Virus record (IMG/VR): IMGVR_UViG_3300047393_000100
Reading direction: 5' to 3' (one strand)
Source: a virus
Taxonomy: Duplodnaviria; Heunggongvirae; Uroviricota; Caudoviricetes
Length of the DNA: 64,000 nucleotides
Both the position numbers and the translations under genes were made by a program. Below the pieces are notes generated by a model. That model was not told the DNA's origin. It made no database searches and worked only from the letters and a program-made list of their open reading frames with translations. This document shows positions 57,680 to 64,000 of the stretch, piece by piece; the first letter of the stretch is position 1; each line of letters begins with the position of its first letter.

Positions 57680-57979
57680 TAAAAACTACTTGAGTAGGTG
57701 GGAGTGGTCAATCAACAACTCACCGAAGTTTCAGGTAAAAACTATATAGAAACGGGATGGCCGAGCCCATATAGGTAAGTAGGAAGTTAGTGTTTTTTTA
57801 GGAGGATTGGATTAGTTTTTAACATTAACGAAAGGAGTCAAGTAATATGTAATGGCAAAGTTGGTTATGTCATCCTGTAAAAAAGGTTATATCGTCGCAA
57901 GTTCGAGTCCTGCCTTGACCACGCTAATTAAACTAGTTTATGAACAGTCTTTGAGGTGAGATGCCTTCATTAGAACGGA

Positions 57980-58045
57980 AGTCAGGTGAAAGTAGGCTAA
58001 GACGAATTAAGTTTCGCGTTGCAGGTTCGATTCCTGTCCTGACTA
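57980..58045 (+). ncRNA. short tRNA-like element (66 nt)
   Basis: Perfect acceptor AGTCAGG/CCTGACT and T-arm GCAGG-TTCGATT-CCTGT, but too short for a D-arm plus anticodon arm. Confidence 0.3.
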
Positions 58046-58108
58046 CAAATTGTTAACAACTTTTTGAAAATAATTGCTTAAAGATTTTCATGGTTCAAAG
58101 TTTATAGT

Positions 58109-58140
58109 TATATTTACATTATAATTAAACAAACAATATT
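58109..58140 (+). promoter_or_regulatory. promoter-like box
   Basis: Consensus box; long repeat from 58050. Confidence 0.6.
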
Positions 58141-58296
58141 ATGACAATTTACACTGTTATCCCATTCTTTTCTGATGGTATCGAAATCTTTGCGAACGAT
58201 GTTAAAAGCTTCTCCACGTTTGATGCTGCCTACTTCTATGCTACAAACCACTGCTCTGGAAAAACATTTGACATAATTGAAAACGAATTAAACTAA
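58141..58296 (+). CDS. small protein, paralog of 3276..3431
   Basis: MTIYTVIPFFSDGIEIFANDV...IIENELN. Confidence 0.5.
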   Translation: MTIYTVIPFFSDGIEIFANDVKSFSTFDAAYFYATNHCSGKTFDIIENELN

Positions 58297-58300
58297 AAAT

Positions 58301-59236
58301 ATGAATTGTAATTATAGAATATTAAAGGACGTACATATCGGACAAAGAGTTCGTAAAACAAAGGACAAAACTACAGTTCCTTTTAAAAATGACCCGATGA
58401 CGGACGTAAAAATCATGAATTGGAACCAATTAGGTTTTCAACTAAGTCACCCTGATTTACCAAAAGATATTTGGGTTGATTTCCATCAATTACCATTAGA
58501 CACTATCCAGTTAGAATATGGAGTTATTAAGAATCCAATCACGTTTGTAGAGCAGGTAATGGTAGGCGGTTCGATGGTACTGGTTAGAGCAGATACTCTA
58601 GATTATATGGAGATGATAATTGACAAAAAAGACAAAGAAGATGCTACATTACATGGTGTTAGGGAATTGACACCCGGTGATAGGGTAATCAGTGCAATAT
58701 GTAAACATGGAAATGTGATGGTATACTTAGGTACATTCAATATTGCAACTTATGCATATTCTAGAAGCTATTCATATAATTACAGAAGTAATGGTGTAAT
58801 AGTCTATTACGTTAATGAAACTCCTGAAAGAGCCTTCTTTGCATACGAAGACCCTGATGGAACATACAATATTAAATCATATCCTATTCAAAACAAAATA
58901 GTCAAAGAAAATTATTTAGCATCTGATAAAGATAAAGGAGATAAAGTTGACCCTCAATTTATTGACGAGTCTAAGAACTTACAAATGATCTTGGATTTTG
59001 CGCTGTCCAGAGGATATGAAGCAAAACATTCCGATGAAAAAATAGATGAAGTTAAAAAACAATACTCTAAAATGAAATATGGCGAATATGACCCTATCTG
59101 TTTCATGCAAAAGGGTAAAACCAACATTAGAGAAAATGCAGTTAATTTTGTATTGGAAGGTAATTTAATGGAAACAACCCATGTTTATTTAAATAAACAA
59201 GATGCACACATTGCATATGACAATTTGAGAAGATAA
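58301..59236 (+). CDS. hypothetical protein
   Basis: ORF. Confidence 0.5.
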   Translation: MNCNYRILKDVHIGQRVRKTKDKTTVPFKNDPMTDVKIMNWNQLGFQLSHPDLPKDIWVDFHQLPLDTIQLEYGVIKNPITFVEQVMVGGSMVLVRADTLDYMEMIIDKKDKEDATLHGVRELTPGDRVISAICKHGNVMVYLGTFNIATYAYSRSYSYNYRSNGVIVYYVNETPERAFFAYEDPDGTYNIKSYPIQNKIVKENYLASDKDKGDKVDPQFIDESKNLQMILDFALSRGYEAKHSDEKIDEVKKQYSKMKYGEYDPICFMQKGKTNIRENAVNFVLEGNLMETTHVYLNKQDAHIAYDNLRR

Positions 59237-59294
59237 ATCGATATTAACTTTTAAAATAATTGCTTAAAGATTTTCACATGTCAGGTTTTTTGTC

Positions 59295-59326
59295 TATATT
59301 TACACTATAATTAAACAAACAATATT
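59295..59326 (+). promoter_or_regulatory. promoter-like box variant
   Basis: TATATTTACACTATAATTAAACAAACAATATT upstream of a 46-aa ORF (59327..59466). Confidence 0.5.
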
Positions 59327-59530
59327 ATGAAAATGGATTGGAAAAAGATGGGATTTAAAACTGAAAAAGAGTACAATCAATTCTTAGAAGAAAAATGGCA
59401 ATCTTTAAAAAAGAAATTAGAAGAGCCTGAAATTAAAGCAGTATTTGAAAGATTAGCAGACAGATAAATTACAGGTGAAACATATATTGAAACCAATATA
59501 TAAATCATATAAAACTTAACATAAATTGGA

Positions 59531-59821
59531 ATGGATTCTACAAAAATAACATTTAAGGGTTTCTTAAATTGTTTTAAAAGTATAGAGTTTAATATACTTA
59601 CAAACAAGAAGAAGGAATACGATGTACAAAAAATCGAGTCGGTACATTCTTCAGTTTCATATCTATCCAAAATGTTGCAGAATGCACGTAGGGAACTTGC
59701 TAAGGCATACAAATCACATAAAGCAGGAAAACTATCTATCGAGGAATTATTTGATTACGAGTGGCATGTGAGTGAATTGGAACAACAACTTAAAAATATT
59801 GAAGACCTTAATCAAGAATAA
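59531..59821 (+). CDS. hypothetical protein
   Basis: ORF. Confidence 0.4.
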   Translation: MDSTKITFKGFLNCFKSIEFNILTNKKKEYDVQKIESVHSSVSYLSKMLQNARRELAKAYKSHKAGKLSIEELFDYEWHVSELEQQLKNIEDLNQE

Positions 59822-59823
59822 TT

Positions 59824-60261
59824 ATGAAGTACGTTGAATTTATTATTGAAGAATATTTAAAAGATAATTACAAAGTAACTCTTGACCAACCTAAGAATCA
59901 AGATGGAAGCAAACCTAAGTTTATTAATAAGCTTGGACCATATGTCCAAGTTGATGTCCAAGTAGAAGTTTTAGCAATTTATACAAGATCTGCCGAATTA
60001 TTTTTAACATTCGATGGATTAATTACTAAGAGCATTTTCTATATGCCAACACATAAAAGCCCAGAACAATTATCTAATGAAATTTATCAAAAAATAGATA
60101 AACTAGTTAATAAAGTGATGTTGGAAAATGGCAAGGAGGAATGGATTCGCGAAGAGTACAAAAAGAAAGCGGAACGACTTAGTGCAAAATTAGCAGAGGT
60201 TGTAGGAAAAATAAATGAAATAGATGCGAAACGAGATAGTCAAAATTATTTGCAAGATTAG
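59824..60261 (+). CDS. hypothetical protein
   Basis: ORF. Confidence 0.45.
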   Translation: MKYVEFIIEEYLKDNYKVTLDQPKNQDGSKPKFINKLGPYVQVDVQVEVLAIYTRSAELFLTFDGLITKSIFYMPTHKSPEQLSNEIYQKIDKLVNKVMLENGKEEWIREEYKKKAERLSAKLAEVVGKINEIDAKRDSQNYLQD

Positions 60262-60478
60262 AGGACACAACTACTCTTATAATTTTGGATGGATGCCAAC
60301 AAAATGTAAATGTAAAAGATGTGGTATGAAATGGAAAACAATTAATAATCCAGAATATACTCCAGGTAAATCAAATCCACTTGAAATTGATATTTATGAA
60401 TGGGTTGAAGATAATTCAATTGAATCAAAACCAAGTATTAACACAAATTGGGATGATGAACCTGATTTAATGTCTTAA
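60224..60478 (+). CDS. small zinc-ribbon protein
   Basis: CKIRGH...CKCKRCGMKW. Confidence 0.4.
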   Translation: MRNEIVKIICKIRGHNYSYNFGWMPTKCKCKRCGMKWKTINNPEYTPGKSNPLEIDIYEWVEDNSIESKPSINTNWDDEPDLMS

Positions 60479-60847
60479 AAAATGAGTAAAGTAAATTTAA
60501 TCGAAGAAGATTTATGGGACCATTACAGTGGACTACCAAATCCATTATGGTACGAATACAAAAAAGATTTAGAGGATGAAGAAGACGATACAGATAATAG
60601 TATTGATTTGGGAACTACTGATAAAAAGATTTAAACACAAAAGAAAAAGTATATGGGACCTATAAAAAAACTTAGTAATTGTATAGTACTTAAATGAACA
60701 GAGAAATTAAAAAAGGTGTACAAGAAATCATAGATGCTCTTTACGATAGCGCCGGGTTTGATGATTGGTGGGATATTATAGGTGAGGAATTAGAAGAAGA
60801 GATTATTGAGGAATTAGAGGAGATAATTAAACGTAGATTTGAAAAAA

Positions 60848-62038
60848 ATGAATAAACTAGACAAACAATACACAGACCTCCTCCAAGACATTCTTGATAA
60901 TGGAGTAAAGAAGCAAGACAGAACTGGAACTGGAACGATTTCAGTATTTGGAAGACAAATACGTCACGATATGAAAGATGGTTTTCCTCTCTTGACTACT
61001 AAGAAAATGCCTTTCAAAACAATCGTAACAGAATTGCTATGGTTTTTAAGAGGCGATACAAATATTAAATATTTAGTTGATAATGGTTGTAATATTTGGA
61101 ATGGAGATGCATATAAGAATTATGAAAACAATTGGTTAAAAGAAAATCCACCAATGGCTGGACCTTATACTGACCCCTGTTTAACTATGAAGGAGTTTAT
61201 TGATAAAATAAAAAATGATAAAGAATTTAGTGATAGATTTGGAAATCTAGGTCCAATTTATGGTAAGCAATGGAGAAGTTGGACAGCTATGGATACTTCA
61301 GAAATAAAAATACACACATATAAAATAGACCAAATCCAAAATCTAATCAACGACCTTAAAACAAATCCAGACTCAAGACGATTAATGGTTAATGCTTGGA
61401 ATGTTGGAGAATTAGACCAAATGGTTCTTCCACCTTGTCATTATGGATTTCAAGTTTATACAAGAGAGTTAAGTGAACAAGAAAGAATAAACCTTCTTCA
61501 TATTAAAAACGGAAATAAAGGTCATCATATAGAAGCAGGGTTTAATATGTTAGACGAATTTGACATTCCAACCAGAGCAATCTCTTTAATGTGGAATCAA
61601 CGTTCAGTAGATACCTTCTTAGGATTGCCATTCAATATAGCTTCTTATGGATTGTTATTGGAGATAATATCAAAAGAAGTTAATATGGTTCCTGACCAAT
61701 TGATTGGTAACTTAGGGGATGTTCATTTGTATTCAAATCATATTGATGCTGCTAAAGAACAAATAGGAAGAGAGTTAACTTATGATGAGAAAGTAGAATA
61801 TGCTCGTTCGTTGTATGGTAAGGAAGAGTGGTGGGATATTAATGACAAGAGAGTTATAGTAGTTCTACAGAAAAAGAAACGAACAAGAGAACCTTTTCCA
61901 TTACCAATGGTTAAACTAAGCTCAGGCCATAACCTTAGAGCAATCTTAAAGGGTAATTTTGAAGAAATCGAAATCAGCGATATTATATTAATAAATTATC
62001 AATCGCATCCTGTAATTAAAGCACCTTTAAGTAATTAA
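60848..62038 (+). CDS. thyA: thymidylate synthase (ThyA) family protein with two insertions
   Basis: DRTGTGT, LGPIYGKQWR, LPPCHYGFQVY, FLGLPFNIASY and GDVHLYSNH all match ThyA motifs. Roughly 35-40-aa insertions follow the catalytic-Cys region and precede the C-terminus. Start set to the ATG at 60848; the track starts at a TTG at 60839. Confidence 0.75.
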   Translation: MNKLDKQYTDLLQDILDNGVKKQDRTGTGTISVFGRQIRHDMKDGFPLLTTKKMPFKTIVTELLWFLRGDTNIKYLVDNGCNIWNGDAYKNYENNWLKENPPMAGPYTDPCLTMKEFIDKIKNDKEFSDRFGNLGPIYGKQWRSWTAMDTSEIKIHTYKIDQIQNLINDLKTNPDSRRLMVNAWNVGELDQMVLPPCHYGFQVYTRELSEQERINLLHIKNGNKGHHIEAGFNMLDEFDIPTRAISLMWNQRSVDTFLGLPFNIASYGLLLEIISKEVNMVPDQLIGNLGDVHLYSNHIDAAKEQIGRELTYDEKVEYARSLYGKEEWWDINDKRVIVVLQKKKRTREPFPLPMVKLSSGHNLRAILKGNFEEIEISDIILINYQSHPVIKAPLSN

Positions 62039-62041
62039 TAC

Positions 62042-62275
62042 ATGATAGAAACAATAGGATATATTGCAACAGCAATTACTGGAATATCTTTAATGATGGA
62101 AAATCTTAAAATGCTAAGATTAATAAATACAGTAGGATGCTTGATATGGATTGTGTATGGATTAATGGTAGATAGTATGCCAGTTGTAATTACAAACGTT
62201 GGTATTTTTGGTATACATGTTGCTAAACTTTTAAAGGAAGAATATAAAAGGAATTTAACAAATGATAGAAACTAG
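62042..62275 (+). CDS. small membrane protein
   Basis: Two TM helices. Confidence 0.4.
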   Translation: MIETIGYIATAITGISLMMENLKMLRLINTVGCLIWIVYGLMVDSMPVVITNVGIFGIHVAKLLKEEYKRNLTNDRN

Positions 62276-62600
62276 ACCATGGGGAACATATGAGGTCCTC
62301 TTAGATGCAGAAAACGTAAAAGTTAAAAGAATTATAGTTAATCCAAATCAAAGATTATCGTACCAGTACCATCATAAAAGACAAGAACATTGGACAGTAG
62401 TTGAAGGAGAATTAACGATTATCTTAAATGAATATGATTATTTAAGATTACCTGGTGAATCTATTCATATTCCTTTAGGTGCGCATCATAGGGCATGGAA
62501 TAAAACAGATACACCAGTTACATTTATAGAAGTTCAAACTGGAACTTATTTCGGAGAAGATGATATTGTAAGATTAGAAGATGATTATAGTAGAGATTAA
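62262..62600 (+). CDS. cupin domain protein (mannose-6-phosphate isomerase type II C-terminal-like)
   Basis: WGTYEVL...YQYHHKRQEHWTVVEGEL cupin motifs. Confidence 0.55.
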   Translation: MIETRPWGTYEVLLDAENVKVKRIIVNPNQRLSYQYHHKRQEHWTVVEGELTIILNEYDYLRLPGESIHIPLGAHHRAWNKTDTPVTFIEVQTGTYFGEDDIVRLEDDYSRD

Positions 62601-62603
62601 ATT

Positions 62604-63011
62604 ATGAAAAAAGGAGTTATCGCAGGTAATTTTGATGTACTGCATCCTGGATATATTAAAATGTTTAAAGAGGCGGCCGCGAATTGTGACTGCCTCGTTG
62701 TTTTATTGCATAGGGATCCTTCTATTGAAAGGCCTGATAAATTAAAACCAATTCTTTCAGTAGAAGAAAGAAGGGAAATGTTATTAGAACTTAAATCTAT
62801 ATGTGATGTATTAACATATACATATGAAGTTCAACTTTTAGATATAATAAAAAATGGTGACTTTGACGTTAGATTTTTAGGAGATGATTATATTGGAAAA
62901 CCATTTACTGGAGATAATCTTAATATTCCAATTTATTATCTAAATAGAGAACATGGATGGTCAACTACTAAGTATAAAAAATTAATAGCGAATACATTAA
63001 ATGGAAGATAG
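62604..63011 (+). CDS. cytidylyltransferase-like nucleotidyltransferase (HxGH superfamily; possibly NMNAT or sugar-phosphate nucleotidyltransferase)
   Basis: N-terminal GNFDVLHPGY, a variant of the (T/H)xGH motif. Confidence 0.5.
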   Translation: MKKGVIAGNFDVLHPGYIKMFKEAAANCDCLVVLLHRDPSIERPDKLKPILSVEERREMLLELKSICDVLTYTYEVQLLDIIKNGDFDVRFLGDDYIGKPFTGDNLNIPIYYLNREHGWSTTKYKKLIANTLNGR

Positions 63012-63132
63012 ACAAATTACTTGCCAAAAATGTGGCAAAATGTTAAAGGAAACAGGTAGTGATCAGAATGGAAAATATAAGACATGTAGATCTTGTAACA
63101 TCGTAGTTACAAAAATTGTGGATATATAATAA

Positions 63133-63342
63133 ATGAAATTTAAAACATTTAAAGAATTAATAGAATCTAAAACAATAGGTCAAGAATCTATTGAACCTAA
63201 TAATGTCGATAATCCAGTACGCAAAGGAGATGGCGAGGATGCAAGATTAATAAAAATAAGACAATTCAAAGGAAACGTCGAAGACTACAAAAATTACTGG
63301 TATGATAGAATCAATAAAGGCAATAGTTCAACAATTAATTAG
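63133..63342 (+). CDS. hypothetical protein
   Basis: ORF. Confidence 0.4.
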   Translation: MKFKTFKELIESKTIGQESIEPNNVDNPVRKGDGEDARLIKIRQFKGNVEDYKNYWYDRINKGNSSTIN

Positions 63343-63628
63343 CGAATGGGGATGGGCAATTGCCGTTGCTCTATTAACTATAGCAATGAAAGATGCTTTA
63401 AGTAAATTTTGGTTAGGTATTCAGTTTTTATGGGGTAATGATTTTAATGTAGATGACATAGTTTATATTAATGGAAATAAAAAAGCTAGAATAGTTCGAC
63501 AAGGAATATTCAAAACAACATTTTATTTATATGAACATGATAGAAAATTCGTAGTACCTAACGATAGAATTTGGACATTAAATTTAGAAAAGGAACTTCC
63601 AAAGGAAAATACAAGAAATAGTTACTAA
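63302..63628 (+). CDS. membrane-anchored hypothetical protein
   Basis: N-terminal TM helix. Confidence 0.4.
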   Translation: MIESIKAIVQQLISEWGWAIAVALLTIAMKDALSKFWLGIQFLWGNDFNVDDIVYINGNKKARIVRQGIFKTTFYLYEHDRKFVVPNDRIWTLNLEKELPKENTRNSY

Positions 63629-64000
63629 AGATGAAACTTATTCATTTTTAGTGATATATAAATCATAGTATAACACTATAAAATCAAAAATTATTTATTA
63701 TGGATTTCATCAACGAAGTAACCTCTGCTTCGCTAGATGAACCAAGAAAAGAAGTATCTGCTGAAATTTTTAACGAATTGCAAGATGAATTTGCTATTGA
63801 GTTGTTTTTTGAAGATGATGAATCATTTGCTTATCGATTGGTCCAGTTTGGTGTTGGCGGTCCAGGTTAAAAGAATTAAAAGTGTATCTATTTGGTACAC
63901 TTTTTTTATTTAAATAAATACAATAAACAAATAAATTTATGAAAAACATAATTAATAAAGTAACATCTTTTTTCAAAAAGAAAGAAGTTAAAGTAGAAGA

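Noticed and set aside
57830-57925. Candidate tRNA with a D-arm GGCA-AAGTTGGTTA-TGTC and T-loop TTCGAGT.
   Set aside because: I could not find a consistent 7-bp acceptor pairing; the 5' ATATGTA and 3' CTTGACC do not match. Left as an unresolved tRNA-like fragment rather than a called feature.
2530-58140. Regularly recurring ~80-bp repeats considered as a possible CRISPR array or MITE family.
   Set aside because: Spacing is irregular (1-15 kb). Every copy sits exactly at a gene start and is followed by an ATG 5-10 nt later. There is no short uniform spacer structure and no cas genes. They are interpreted as terminator-promoter cassettes.

Overview
The window looks like an AT-rich (~30% GC) section of a large, probably jumbo, bacteriophage genome, with nearly all genes on the + strand. 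Bacteroidetes-style lipoprotein signals ending in 'SC' and the absence of Shine-Dalgarno sequences suggest a Flavobacteriia-type host. Three tRNA clusters lie at 1-900, 40700-41920 and 57480-58050; some members fold as canonical tRNAs and others are non-canonical tRNA-like elements. A 28-32 bp promoter-like box, consensus TATATTTACATTATAATTAAAACAAACAA, sits 5-10 nt upstream of at least 18 start codons. It is often preceded by a Rho-independent terminator hairpin or by a longer ~80 bp repeat that starts TTGTTAATAACTTTTTGAAA. Recognisable proteins include an HNH endonuclease, a CCA-adding-enzyme head domain, a papain-like C1 peptidase, a PRPP-synthetase-like protein, a macro domain, a NADAR domain, NAMPT, a nucleoside 2-deoxyribosyltransferase-like protein, a Thg1-like tRNA-His guanylyltransferase, an Fpg/Nei-like glycosylase, two metallophosphoesterases and an SPFH protein. 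Also present are a DnaQ-like exonuclease, a flavodoxin-like oxidoreductase, an ATP-dependent DNA ligase, a class I glutamine amidotransferase, a PD-(D/E)XK nuclease, a LOG-family protein, an M42 peptidase, a GT2 glycosyltransferase, an amidase endolysin with a PG-binding domain, a TylF-like methyltransferase, two HAD phosphatase paralogs, a P-loop kinase, an endonuclease VII-like protein, a ThyA homolog carrying insertions, a cupin and a cytidylyltransferase-like protein. The strongest leads are three. First, two homologous tRNA-like elements whose 3' half (T-arm plus 3' acceptor strand) lies upstream of the 5' half, as in a circularly permuted tRNA gene. Second, a pair of ~200 nt non-coding elements beside the tRNA clusters that show compensatory base changes. 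Third, a cassette at 8452-15968 holding five paralogous putative sugar transferases, two 2OG-Fe(II) oxygenases and a Cys-rich protein. All functional calls rest on motifs I recognised by eye; no database search was possible.
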